A stretch of 64,000 nt of DNA from Gaiellales bacterium (lineage in GTDB: Bacteria > Actinomycetota > Thermoleophilia > Gaiellales > SKUG01), in the NCBI GenBank assembly GCA_038212015.1, contig JBBQUY010000003.1:4237-68236 (forward strand). Reading direction: 5' to 3'. Below the pieces are notes generated by a model. That model was not told where the DNA came from and ran no database searches. It saw only the letters and a program-made list of their open reading frames with translations. How positions within the stretch are numbered: position 1 is the stretch's first letter; each line of letters opens with the position of its first letter. Below are positions 1 through 11,275 of the stretch, piece by piece. The translations under genes and the position numbers were made by a program.

Positions 1-966
1 GGCACGATCCGAGTCGTCCGGTATCGAGGGACTGCGACGTCCGCCCAGGTCGAGCGGTACTCGACCGATGGCACGCGCCTTGCCGATGTCGATGTCGCAT
101 CCGGCACGTTTGATCCCGTGACAGGAACGACCCTTCACTCAGGACACGCATGGGGCGGCATGGTGTTGTCGCGGTCTAGTTTCGATGGGACGCCCGACGA
201 CACATTCGGGGTGAACGGCCGGTTGGTGGTGTGCCCAACTACCCAGAACTTTCCGATGCCGGACTCCGCAGGTACGCCTCGGAGCATGGTTATCGACGGC
301 GGGATCATCACGGTCCGCACGTCGTTGAGCAGCATAGGTACGTCGGGGCCGGCAGTATTGGTGCGTGTCGCGCCGGATGGGAGAGCGTCTGAACCCCCGG
401 GCGTGTTCCTCTGGCGGATGCTCCCGTACCAAGATACGTTGCGCTATCCCATTAACGAAGTCGCGTACATCGGACGTGGCGTGCGACTGCGCATCGCTAC
501 GCGCGACTGCAACGGGCCGGGAACCGTGTCCACGCACGCAACGTGGCAAGGGCAAACCTTTGAGGGCGGGACGCTCGAGTCGGCCGGGGTGCTCCGACAA
601 GGCCGTGGGACGATGGAGTTGGAGGCACGGGCGCGCGACGGGTTGGTAGGTCGATCTTCAATGTCAGTCGTCGTGGACTACATCGCCCCGGTGGTGTCCG
701 TCCGGCGGAACCGGATGGGGGATCTCTACCTGGTTGGCACCGACCGCCCTGCTGGCGTCGCCGCTCCGATACGTCTCATACCGCCGCGCAGGCGCGAATG
801 CTTCCAGCATCGGTACACGATGTGGGACCGAGCCGGCAATGCGAGCTACGTTCTTGTGCGCGCGCGATCGGGACAGGCTCGGATCGAACGACGTGGGGCC
901 GTCACGCTTCGCGCGGCCGCCAACGGGTGGACTCGGTGTCGAGCACTCATATCGCCTACCCGCTAG
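1..966 (+). CDS. hypothetical protein (5'-truncated), beta-rich, possible Ig-like segment
   Basis: Frame is open from base 1 to TAG at 966; the 'VVVDYIAPVV' motif resembles the end of Ig-like modules; codon usage looks less GC3-biased than neighbours. Confidence 0.55.
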   Translation, partial: GTIRVVRYRGTATSAQVERYSTDGTRLADVDVASGTFDPVTGTTLHSGHAWGGMVLSRSSFDGTPDDTFGVNGRLVVCPTTQNFPMPDSAGTPRSMVIDGGIITVRTSLSSIGTSGPAVLVRVAPDGRASEPPGVFLWRMLPYQDTLRYPINEVAYIGRGVRLRIATRDCNGPGTVSTHATWQGQTFEGGTLESAGVLRQGRGTMELEARARDGLVGRSSMSVVVDYIAPVVSVRRNRMGDLYLVGTDRPAGVAAPIRLIPPRRRECFQHRYTMWDRAGNASYVLVRARSGQARIERRGAVTLRAAANGWTRCRALISPTR

Positions 967-1076
967 GCGCAGTCGACTTGCAGCGAGGGGGCGCGCGTCA
1001 GCATAAGTCTCGAAACGCCGAGCCGCGCTTCCCGCCAGAATTCTGCTGACGGTGCCATGTGCGGTGCCATAGCGAC

Positions 1077-1117
1077 AAAAGATCCCCCTGCGAATCATGG
1101 TGATTTGCAGGGGGATC
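1077..1117 (-). terminator. intrinsic terminator downstream of tRNA-Glu
   Basis: GATCCCCCTGCGAATCA-tgg-TGATTTGCAGGGGGATC inverted repeat followed by TTTT on the minus strand. Confidence 0.75.
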
Positions 1118-1124
1118 GTGTAGG

Positions 1125-1197
1125 TACTCCGTACGGGATTTGAACCCGTGCTACCGCCGTGAGAGGGCGGCGTCCTAGGCCACTAGACGAACGGAGC
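1125..1197 (-). tRNA. tRNA-Glu (anticodon CTC)
   Basis: Cloverleaf GCTCCGT..GTCTAGTGGCCTAGGAC..CCGCC-CT-CTC-AC-GGCGG..GGTTCAAATCC..ACGGAGT-A; CCA not fully encoded. Confidence 0.95.
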
Positions 1198-1276
1198 AGG
1201 CCCGGAGAATGGTACCGGTTCGGCGCAATCGACGCAACACGTTGCTCTCGTCCGCGCGACCAGACAGAATGCGCCC

Positions 1277-1690
1277 ATGTCGCATGACTCCACATTCCCC
1301 GATTCGTCCGAGTCCCCCGCCCAGCGCACCGACCGTGCGCTCGAGGCGCTGCAGTACGAGGAGAAGGCGGGGCTGGGATTCCGGCGCCGTGAGCGCGCCC
1401 CGATCGGCAACGTCTACGCGGAGCCTGAGCGCTTCCAGGTGGACCGCGAGCCGACCAGTGGCGAGCTGTGGGCGGGCATGCTGGCTGGCATCGGCGCGGT
1501 GCTCGGCTTCGGCGCGATCTTCTACAAGCCGCTGCTGCTCGGTTTCGTCGCGGTGCTCTTCACGATCATCGGTTCGCTCGGTGACGGCGCTGCCGCCCGC
1601 GTATCCAAGTGGGCGTTCGTGATGGTGCTCATCGGCGTGACGCTCGGCATGCTCATCGCGATCTTCGTCACCAAGGCCTCGGTCTTCTAG
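1277..1690 (+). CDS. hypothetical membrane protein (about 3 TM)
   Basis: High GC3 ORF with hydrophobic C-terminal helices; CAGAAT-6nt-ATG leaderless-type start. Confidence 0.75.
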   Translation: MSHDSTFPDSSESPAQRTDRALEALQYEEKAGLGFRRRERAPIGNVYAEPERFQVDREPTSGELWAGMLAGIGAVLGFGAIFYKPLLLGFVAVLFTIIGSLGDGAAARVSKWAFVMVLIGVTLGMLIAIFVTKASVF

Positions 1691-2039
1691 GACGGTACGC
1701 TGCGCGTCTGGCGCGCCGTGGATATCCGGATACACTTGGAGCGATCGTCTCGTAGCGACGCTGCCACGAGCTTTCCTTGACGCCGGTGGCCTCGACCTGG
1801 GTGCCGTTGCCATCCGCACTCGCCGATGCGTCCTTGATCTGCACCGGGTCCAGCCCGGAGATGCGCTCGACGCCCCACTTCCGTTCCCAGATCGGCGTGA
1901 GGAGCTTCGTCGCTCGGAAGGCATCGCCTTCGCGGACGATGCCGTAGACCTCGTACGCACGCTGGCGGTAGCCCCCGGTACCGTCCTTGGCGGTATTCGA
2001 CATGAACGCCGCGCCCGCCACACGGCCCGCGAAGGACAC
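1668..2039 (-). CDS. hypothetical protein or truncated paralog of the N-terminal domain of 3307-4305
   Basis: VYGIVREGDAFRATKLLTPIWERKW aligns by eye with AFAVTRQGDTFSAHELMQPVWTKRF; start uncertain (GTG 2039 or ATG 2003); 3' end overlaps the neighbour. Confidence 0.5.
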   Translation of the reverse strand: MSFAGRVAGAAFMSNTAKDGTGGYRQRAYEVYGIVREGDAFRATKLLTPIWERKWGVERISGLDPVQIKDASASADGNGTQVEATGVKESSWQRRYETIAPSVSGYPRRARRAAYRPRRPRPW

Positions 2040-2117
2040 GACGACGGGCCGGCGCTGGCCCTCCGAATGGAGGGGGCGTCGGCCCGTCGGGTCTGGTAGT
2101 CCTGTCAGTCGCCCGGC

Positions 2118-3047
2118 CTAGAAATCATCGTAGTCCGGGTTGCCGTTGGAGCTCGAGTTGCCGCCACCGTAGTCGTAGCTCGGCGGGTCGTACGACGGTG
2201 GGTCGTAGCTCGGCGGGTCGTACGACGGCGGGTCGTAGCTCGGCGGGTCGTACGACGGTGGGTCGTACGAAGACGGCGGCGGGTTGTAGCTGCCGCCTCC
2301 ATCGTCGCCGCGGCTCGTGCCGCCGCTGCCCGTGCTCGGGTAGCTCGGCGAGTAGTCGTAGTCGTCACCGCGGCTCGTCGAACCACCGCTCGGAATCGGG
2401 TACCACGGGTCGGGGTACGACGTCGGGTAGTCAGGGTAGTACCGGTCGTAGTTGTGTCCCGGGTAGTACGGCTCGTAGTGGCCGTGGGTCCGGTAGTAGT
2501 CGTCGTAATGGCTGCCGTGGCCATAGCTGTGCCCGCGGCCGTACTCGTAGCCCCGCGTGTTCTTCAGCGGACCCTCGTCGAACACCGCCCACTTGCCCTT
2601 GGTGTCCTGCTCGATCGAGTACTCGCGACCGACCATCTTGCCGGCGAACTCGCCAGCCTTGGCGCGAGTCGGCAGGCCGGACGCGACCGCAATCTTCGTC
2701 TTGGGTGGAAGCAGCTCGGCCCCGATGACGCTCGCTGCGCCAGCACCGATCAGTCCGCCACCGATCATGAGCGGTGACGCAAGCAGGCGTGACTCGGCAG
2801 CGCCGGGTGGGCGGCGGCTCAGCAGCGAGATGCCCAGCAGCGCCGCACCGCCGAGCGCCATCAGGCCACCCGGAATCTGAAGCCCGAGCTTGAGGCCCTT
2901 CCGCTCCAGCTCGACCGGTCCAGCCGGATACTGAGTCGCGAAAGCGATCTCCTCAGCGGTCGGCTCCGTCTTCGTTGCCTCCTCCGCCGCGCGGTTGGCA
3001 TAGACGACCGGCAGGTTCGTGTACGGCCCGACGTTTCCAGTGCTCAT
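2118..3047 (-). CDS. orphan membrane protein with Gly-rich TM hairpin and Tyr/Pro-rich tail with tandem PPSYD repeats
   Basis: ATG 3047 preceded by GGGAG; two hydrophobic Gly-rich segments; (PPSYD)x6. Confidence 0.75.
   Translation of the reverse strand: MSTGNVGPYTNLPVVYANRAAEEATKTEPTAEEIAFATQYPAGPVELERKGLKLGLQIPGGLMALGGAALLGISLLSRRPPGAAESRLLASPLMIGGGLIGAGAASVIGAELLPPKTKIAVASGLPTRAKAGEFAGKMVGREYSIEQDTKGKWAVFDEGPLKNTRGYEYGRGHSYGHGSHYDDYYRTHGHYEPYYPGHNYDRYYPDYPTSYPDPWYPIPSGGSTSRGDDYDYSPSYPSTGSGGTSRGDDGGGSYNPPPSSYDPPSYDPPSYDPPSYDPPSYDPPSYDPPSYDYGGGNSSSNGNPDYDDF
2172..2261 (-). repeat. coding tandem repeat, 30-bp unit x3 encoding (PPSYD)6
   Basis: Alternating 15-mers gtcgtagctcggcgg / gtcgtacgacggYgg on the plus strand. 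Confidence 0.9.
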
Positions 3048-3131
3048 GCGAGTGCTCCCGTCCCAAGGTCTCCCGGAGGGCCTCGGTGCGCGTCCCGGCG
3101 CACGTATTCGAGGCAGTCCTGAGTTGCCGGG

Positions 3132-3159
3132 ATATCGGGGCGGCAGACGATCATGTTGC
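3132..3159 (-). promoter_or_regulatory. sigma-28-like promoter
   Basis: GCAA-N16-CCCGATAT upstream of 2118-3047. Confidence 0.55.
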
Positions 3160-3306
3160 AGTCGAAGCGACTGCAGCACGAAGAGCTGCGGCCGGCACGA
3201 GGGAGTCGTGTCGGCCGCAGCGGGGGGAGGTCGTGCCGCTTCAAGGGGAAGGGGGAGGCGGCACGGAGGGGTTCCGACGCGGGAAACGCCGGAATGTGTC
3301 AGCGGG

Positions 3307-4305
3307 TCATGCCGCGGGCGGGTTCACCGGCTCCTTCGAGCCACCGTCGGCGCGACCGGCCACGAGCGTGTCGAGCAGCGTGTCGAGCAGGTCGACCGCC
3401 TTCTGCGTGTCGCGAGCTGCGCCGGGAACGTCGACGCCGTTGAAGCGTCCGTCAGGGCTCGGCTTCTTCGCGAGCTGCCAGTTGGCGTCCTCGAGCGATG
3501 CGTCCGCAGCGCGCAGCGTCGAGACGACGTCCGCGGGGGTGGACTGCATCTGGCGCTCAAGGCGCTCCTGCGCCGCCATGTTCGTCTTGAAGGCCTTGAT
3601 GCGCACGGCCTTGGAGCTCTCGTCACCCTTGTCGGTGGGGGAGACGGTGCTGATGATGCGCGCCGCCTCGCTGGCCAGGCGCAGGCCCTCGGTGACGTCC
3701 TCGACGAGCGTGCGGCTGCTGACCGGCGGCTTTGGATCGACGGGAGGCTTGGGTTCGACCGGCGGGCGAGGATCGACGGGCGGCTTCGGGTCGATCGGCG
3801 GCTTGGGCCGCACTGCCTGCACGTCGCGGATCACGCCGTCGACGAGCGCCCAGCTGCCGCCGACGATGGCTTCGACGCCGGAGTTGGCGTCGAGCTTGAT
3901 GCTGCCCGTGCGGGGCTGGTCGGCTCGACCGTACTCGTTGGTGCGGTACTTGAAGAAGCCGAACTCCGGCTTGTCGGCGCGGCCGAGCACCTCGATCTGT
4001 GCGCGGTCGGCACCGAACGAGTCCTCGCGGACGAAGCGCTTCGTCCAGACCGGCTGCATGAGCTCGTGCGCGGAGAACGTGTCGCCCTGACGGGTGACGG
4101 CGAACGCGCCGCCCTGCTGCTGCGACAGGCCGGCGGCCCCGCTCAGTGCGTCGTCGAGCGACGTGAAGCCGGTGCCGGCCTGCGAGCCGAGGTAGAGCGG
4201 CTCGTCACGCTTGAAGCGGATCTCGAGCTCGCCGACCTTCTGGCCAGCGCCAGGCAGGTTGGTGGTGACGGTACGGACTGCGGCGGAGGAGAGGGAGGCA
4301 ATCAT
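3307..4305 (-). CDS. orphan two-domain protein (unknown alpha/beta domain, PKPPVD linker, helical domain)
   Basis: High GC3 ORF; C-terminal domain is closely similar to that of 19724-20563 (LEDANWQLAKKPSPDGRFNGVD identical). Confidence 0.85.
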   Translation of the reverse strand: MIASLSSAAVRTVTTNLPGAGQKVGELEIRFKRDEPLYLGSQAGTGFTSLDDALSGAAGLSQQQGGAFAVTRQGDTFSAHELMQPVWTKRFVREDSFGADRAQIEVLGRADKPEFGFFKYRTNEYGRADQPRTGSIKLDANSGVEAIVGGSWALVDGVIRDVQAVRPKPPIDPKPPVDPRPPVEPKPPVDPKPPVSSRTLVEDVTEGLRLASEAARIISTVSPTDKGDESSKAVRIKAFKTNMAAQERLERQMQSTPADVVSTLRAADASLEDANWQLAKKPSPDGRFNGVDVPGAARDTQKAVDLLDTLLDTLVAGRADGGSKEPVNPPAA

Positions 4306-4412
4306 GCCGCCAATGGTCCCCTGTGACGGTGCGGCTCTGCAGTACGACGGCCGAACGGCGGCCCGCGCGGGCCGCGCCGGTGGCCCGCTGCGACGGTGTA
4401 TCGCCGGACGCG

Positions 4413-4443
4413 TGCTACGAATGTGCTACACAGATGCTACGAT
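4413..4443 (+). promoter_or_regulatory. TA operon promoter/operator: TGCTAC x3 at 11-bp spacing, the last forming an extended -10 (TGcTACGAT)
   Basis: TGCTAC at 4413, 4424 and 4435; ATG 6 nt after TACGAT. Confidence 0.6.
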
Positions 4444-4449
4444 GAACTC

Positions 4450-4716
4450 ATGGAGCCGACCAGCATCCCTCAGCGCGAGCTGCGCAATGACAGTTCCCGA
4501 ATCCTGCGGGAGGTGCAGGAGGGCAAGGAGTTCGTGATCACGGTTCGTGGCAAGCCGGTGGCGCGGATCGTGCCTGAGCGACCTGCGCATCGGGGACCGC
4601 GCACGCTCGTTCCCCGGGACGAGGCCTTGCCCATCATCATGCGCGCTCGTGCTGCGTTTGCCGGGATGACGATGCGTGATCTTCGGGATCCCGACGAGAA
4701 CGAGCCGCGGTACTGA
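4450..4716 (+). CDS. Phd/YefM-family antitoxin (VapB-type)
   Basis: IPQRELRNDSSRILREVQEGKEFVITVRGKPVARIVP Phd motif; directly upstream of a PIN toxin. Confidence 0.9.
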   Translation: MEPTSIPQRELRNDSSRILREVQEGKEFVITVRGKPVARIVPERPAHRGPRTLVPRDEALPIIMRARAAFAGMTMRDLRDPDENEPRY

Positions 4717-4717
4717 C

Positions 4718-5098
4718 ATGGCCTGGCTCTACGACACCTCCGTGATCGTCGCGATGGAAACCGGTGAATCGATGGACGAGTTTCCCATGGGTGACGTTGC
4801 GGTCTCGGTCATGACGATCGGCGAGCTGGAGCTCGGGCTCCATCGTTCCGCAGCCCAGGATCTATCGCTGCGCATCGAGACCATCGCCGACGTGGAGCAC
4901 TCATGGAACCCGTTGCCGGTCGATCTGCGCGTGATTCGGCGCTACGCGACGCTGGTGGCAGATTGCCGGCGACGTGGCGTGCGCGCCGGCGTTGCGGACG
5001 GCATCATCGCGGCGACCGCGTCAGTACATGGCTACGGCGTGGTCACGCGGGATCGGGACTTCACGCGATTCGAAGGCATCGAGGTCGTCCTCGTCTGA
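4718..5098 (+). CDS. vapC: PIN-domain toxin (VapC family)
   Basis: LYDTSVIV, SVMTIGEL, DGIIAATA, VVTRDRDF PIN motifs. Confidence 0.9.
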   Translation: MAWLYDTSVIVAMETGESMDEFPMGDVAVSVMTIGELELGLHRSAAQDLSLRIETIADVEHSWNPLPVDLRVIRRYATLVADCRRRGVRAGVADGIIAATASVHGYGVVTRDRDFTRFEGIEVVLV

Positions 5099-5104
5099 CG
5101 CTGG

Positions 5105-7183
<2,079 letters not shown>

Positions 7184-7312
7184 GGCGAGGAGGCAGTCTA
7201 TCGGGGTTGACGAGGTTCACCCGGCAGCCACCCGTAGCCCTCACACGGCCACTCGCTGGCCGTCAGTGATACGCGCTCGGCCAATTTCCCGACATCACAG
7301 GCAGGAGGACCT

Positions 7313-8995
7313 GTGGGACCGGGACGGACGAGCATCTTCAAGCGCCTTGCAGCGCACGCACTGGCATTGATCGCTGTCGCGATCCTGGTGTCCGGTTGCG
7401 GCGGGAGCGCGGATTCGGCTGCGGCCGATCCCGACGCGCCAAAGCAGCACGGCGGATCGGTGACGATCGGCATGGATCAGGAACCCGCGTGTCTCAACTC
7501 CAAGATCCAGTGTGGATCGATGGCCGCCACCTCGATGATCAGTGCGTCGCTGTTCGACGGCCTGCTCATGATCGACGGCGACGGCAACTACGCGCCCCTC
7601 ATCGCCACGGAAGTTCCCACCAAGGAGAACGGCGCGGTCGTCGACACACCCAACGGCGGCATGACGGTGAAGATGCAGCTCAATCCGGGAGCGCGCTGGT
7701 CTGACGGACAGCCGATCACGTGCGCCGACGTGGCCTTCAACTGGTCGACGACGATGGATGAGCGCTGGCAGGTCGTCTCACGCAAGGGGTGGGAGCTCAT
7801 CTCCGACGTGCAGTGTCCTGCGCCGACCACCGCGGTGTTCGTGTTCAGCGAGCGCTATGCGCCGTACCTGAGCCTGGTCGGCGCCGCGCCGCTGCCCAAG
7901 CACGTACTCGACGGCAAGGACTTCAACAAGTACTTCAACGAGGCGATCCCGATCTCGAGCGGACCGTTCCTGCTGCACAAGTGGAACCGTGCTGTCGACG
8001 TGCAGCTCAAGCGCAACCCCAAGTACTGGAACGCCGGCAATGATGATCGCCCCTGGCTCGACACGATCCGGTACGTGTTCGTCGCTGACACGAACACCCT
8101 CAAGATCCAGCTGCGCACCGGCGAGGTGGACATCATCAGCCCGCCGCCCGACAGCACGCTCAAGCAGGAGCTCGAAGGTTTCCCGCGTGGCGGGTTCCAG
8201 ATCGAGCCGGGCATCTACTGGGAGCAGATCGCGTTCAACAACGCGAAGGCACCGACCAACGACATCAACGTACGCAAGGCGATCGCGTACTCGATCGACC
8301 GCGACCAGATCACCGACGTGGTGCTCAAGGGGCAGGTCGAGCGACTGGACTCGACACTGCTTCCGGCCAAGAAGGAGTACTACATCCCCGCCTGGGAGCA
8401 CGTGACGTACGACACGAAGAAGGCCGAGGAATACCTGACCAAGGCCGGCTACAAGCGCAACGGTCAGTACTTCGAGAAGGGCGGCAAGCCGCTCACCGTG
8501 CAGTTCAAGTCGACCGCGGGCAACGATCTGCGCCTCAAGGTGGCGCAGCTCCTGCAGCAGCGCCTCAAGGCGAGCGGCATCAAGATGGACATCGCGCTGG
8601 AACCGCCGAACGTGTTCTTCGGTCAGAGCACCCCGGCCGGCAACTTCCACATGGGCCTGTGGGCCTGGTCGAGCGGCATCGATCCGTCGCAGGAAACGAT
8701 GTTCCCGTGCGACCAGATCCCGAGCGAGGCCAACGAGTTCTCCGGCCAGAACAACTACCGCTACTGCAACGAGCGTGTCAGCGCGCTCATCAAGCAGGGC
8801 AACGTCACGACCGACCAGGCGGAACGCATCAAGATCACGCACGAGATCCAGACCCTCATGGCGGAGGACATGCCGCTGCTGCCGCTGTTCCAGCGACCGG
8901 AAACGCTCGCGTACACCGATCGCACGCAGGGCATGGAATCGAATCCGCTCGGCGGACTGGTGTGGAACGCAGCTGACTGGGCGGTGGCGAAATGA
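7313..8995 (+). CDS. peptide ABC transporter substrate-binding lipoprotein (family 5)
   Basis: Lipobox LVSGC; WSDGQPITCADV; NVRKAIAYSIDR. Confidence 0.93.
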   Translation: MGPGRTSIFKRLAAHALALIAVAILVSGCGGSADSAAADPDAPKQHGGSVTIGMDQEPACLNSKIQCGSMAATSMISASLFDGLLMIDGDGNYAPLIATEVPTKENGAVVDTPNGGMTVKMQLNPGARWSDGQPITCADVAFNWSTTMDERWQVVSRKGWELISDVQCPAPTTAVFVFSERYAPYLSLVGAAPLPKHVLDGKDFNKYFNEAIPISSGPFLLHKWNRAVDVQLKRNPKYWNAGNDDRPWLDTIRYVFVADTNTLKIQLRTGEVDIISPPPDSTLKQELEGFPRGGFQIEPGIYWEQIAFNNAKAPTNDINVRKAIAYSIDRDQITDVVLKGQVERLDSTLLPAKKEYYIPAWEHVTYDTKKAEEYLTKAGYKRNGQYFEKGGKPLTVQFKSTAGNDLRLKVAQLLQQRLKASGIKMDIALEPPNVFFGQSTPAGNFHMGLWAWSSGIDPSQETMFPCDQIPSEANEFSGQNNYRYCNERVSALIKQGNVTTDQAERIKITHEIQTLMAEDMPLLPLFQRPETLAYTDRTQGMESNPLGGLVWNAADWAVAK

Positions 8996-9996
8996 CAGGT
9001 CTCGCACTCAGGCGAATGCTGGAAGCGATCCCGGCCCTCATCGTGGTGAGCATCATCATGTTCGGCCTGCTCGCGCTCGGTCCGAACCCGCTCGAACTGC
9101 TCAAGCAGAACCCGAACATCACGAGCGAGGACGTCGAACGTCTCACGAAGATGAACGGGTGGGACAAGCCCGTCACCGAGCAGTACGTACACTGGGCGAG
9201 CAACTTCGTGAAGGGCGACCTGGGAACGTCGACGGTCGACCAGCGCCCCGCGTGGGACAAGATCAAGGAACGCCTGCCGCTGACGCTCATGATCACCGGC
9301 ATGTCGATGGTGCTGTCGCTGTCGATTGCACTGCCGATCGGGGCGTACGTCGCGGTGCGCAAGTACTCGAAGGCCGACTATGCGGCAACGCTCACGACGT
9401 TCGCGATGATGGCGTCTCCATCGTTCTTCGTCGGACTGCTGCTGCAGCTGTTCGCCCTGAAGCTCCAGGACGCGCTCGGTGGAACGCTCCTCGTCTACAC
9501 GGCCGGTGCACCACAGTGCGTGGCATCGAGCAGCGGATTCTTCGGCACGATGTTCGGCTGCCTGTCAACACCGTTCGAGGTGTTCCAGCGACTGGCGCTG
9601 CCGGTGTTCGCGCTGTCGATCCTGCAGATCGCCGGATGGTCTCGCTACATGCGCAGCGAGCTGCTCGGCGTGCTCAACCAGGAGTACATCCGCAGCGCGA
9701 TGGCCAAGGGCCTGCCCGGCAAGCTCGTGTTCATGCGGCATGCGATGCGCAACGCGCTGCTGCCGATCGTGACGATCGTCGCGCTCGACATCGCCGGACT
9801 GTTCGGCGGTGCCGTCATCACCGAGCGCGTCTTCGGACTGCCGGGAATGGGCAACCTGCTGCTCGACTCGCTCGGCCAGAAGGACATCGCCGTGGTGCTC
9901 GCGATCGTGATGATCGGAGCTGCCCTGGTGCTCTTCATGAACATGGTCGCCGACGTGCTGTACGGCGTACTGGATCCACGGGTGAGGGTCGGCTGA
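8992..9996 (+). CDS. peptide ABC transporter permease (OppB/DppB)
   Basis: EYIRSAMAKGL..HAMRNALLP, FGLPGMG, LDPRV motifs. Confidence 0.93.
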   Translation: MTGLALRRMLEAIPALIVVSIIMFGLLALGPNPLELLKQNPNITSEDVERLTKMNGWDKPVTEQYVHWASNFVKGDLGTSTVDQRPAWDKIKERLPLTLMITGMSMVLSLSIALPIGAYVAVRKYSKADYAATLTTFAMMASPSFFVGLLLQLFALKLQDALGGTLLVYTAGAPQCVASSSGFFGTMFGCLSTPFEVFQRLALPVFALSILQIAGWSRYMRSELLGVLNQEYIRSAMAKGLPGKLVFMRHAMRNALLPIVTIVALDIAGLFGGAVITERVFGLPGMGNLLLDSLGQKDIAVVLAIVMIGAALVLFMNMVADVLYGVLDPRVRVG

Positions 9997-9997
9997 C

Positions 9998-11029
9998 ATG
10001 AGTGCTGCACAGAACGCCAGCTCTTCGCTGCCGACACCGTTCGGCAAGGCAACTGCCGCCGCCGGTTCACTGACGAACGCCGGCACGCTCAACCTGCCGA
10101 ACCGCGGCAACACCGACGCGCAGCCCATGAGCGCGCCACCGCGCACGCAGATCCAGCAGACGTGGGACAGCTTCCGCGCGCACCGCGCCGCCTTCATCGG
10201 ACTGTGCGTGCTCATGACGATGATCGTCGTCTGCACGCTCGGCCCGTTCGTGCTGCAGGACCCCGACGCGATCGACATGCAGGTGCTCGGCTATCAGGCA
10301 CCGAGCGCGTCGCATCCGCTCGGTACCGACGCGATCGGTCGCGACGTGCTGTCGCGCCTGGTCAACGCAGGGCGCACGTCGCTGGCGATCGGTTTCAGCG
10401 TCGCGATGGGCGCCGCACTGATCGGGTCGATGGTCGGTGTCAGTGCGGGCTACTTCGGCGGGCGGATCGACTCCGGGCTGATGTGGTTCGCGAACGTGAT
10501 GATGTCGATCCCGTCGATGCCGCTGCTGCTGACCGTGGCGGTCATCGTCGCGAACGAAGAATCCAAGGTCGGGCCAGTCATCCAGAAGGTCCCGGAGTGG
10601 GCGCGCATCGCGCTGGTGCTCATCATCCTGGGATGGATGGGTGTCAGTCGCGTCGTGCGCTCGCAGGTGGTGAGCCTGCGCAACCAGGAGTTCGTGGAAG
10701 CCGCGCTCGCGCTCGGCGGCACGCACAAGCGAGTGATGGTCGTGCACATCCTACCGAACTGCGTGAGCGTGCTCGCGGTGTTCACCACCCTCGCCGTGTC
10801 AGGCGCCATCATCGCCGAGAGCGCACTGAGCTTCCTCGGTTTCGGCGTGCAGCCGCCGACCGCTACGTGGGGCAACATGCTCGCGGAGGGCAAGGGGCTC
10901 ATCACGATTCTGCAGTACTGGTGGGCGGTCTGGTTCCCGGCACTGGCGATCTTCGCCACCGTGCTGAGCGTCAACTTCATCGGCGACGGCGTCCGCGACG
11001 CGCTCGATCCCAAGGCGCAGAAGAAGTAG
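9998..11029 (+). CDS. peptide ABC transporter permease (OppC/DppC)
   Basis: HPLGTDAIGRDVLSR, EFVEAALALG, ESALSFLGFG, GDGVRDALDPK. Confidence 0.93.
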   Translation: MSAAQNASSSLPTPFGKATAAAGSLTNAGTLNLPNRGNTDAQPMSAPPRTQIQQTWDSFRAHRAAFIGLCVLMTMIVVCTLGPFVLQDPDAIDMQVLGYQAPSASHPLGTDAIGRDVLSRLVNAGRTSLAIGFSVAMGAALIGSMVGVSAGYFGGRIDSGLMWFANVMMSIPSMPLLLTVAVIVANEESKVGPVIQKVPEWARIALVLIILGWMGVSRVVRSQVVSLRNQEFVEAALALGGTHKRVMVVHILPNCVSVLAVFTTLAVSGAIIAESALSFLGFGVQPPTATWGNMLAEGKGLITILQYWWAVWFPALAIFATVLSVNFIGDGVRDALDPKAQKK

Positions 11030-11078
11030 CACCGCCGGTCGCCGCGCGCGAGCGCGTGCACCGATCGATCCGCATTCC

Positions 11079-11110
11079 CGAAAGGCGCACGGTCTCGTGC
11101 GCCTTTCGAG
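11079..11110 (+). terminator. hairpin, probable terminator of the opp operon
   Basis: CGAAAGGCGCAC-ggtctc-GTGCGCCTTTCG. Confidence 0.6.
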
Positions 11111-11226
11111 TGCCGTCGAACGGTGGGTGGGCTTCCTGGGACCTGCGGCGTGCGGAAGTCGTGACGAAGTGGTGTGTCACTCGTGGCATTCGTGACACTT
11201 TCGTGACGAAATGGACGGCACGCTGG

Positions 11227-11275
11227 GAGGTGAAGCAATCCACTATCCCAGAGGGACAGTAGATGACCACACCTG
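11227..11275. repeat. 49-bp palindromic repeat family A, copy 1 (contains the ATG of the AbiEi-DUF559 gene)
   Basis: GAGGTGAAGCAATCCACTATCCCAGAGGGACAGTAGATGACCACACCTG; 41/49 identical to the reverse complement of 12847-12895. Confidence 0.85.

Noticed and set aside
1668-2120. Stop-codon read-through joining 2118-3047 to the in-frame downstream ORF
   Set aside because: The same frame after TAG has a one-in-three chance, the intervening codons look non-coding, and no recoding signal is recognisable
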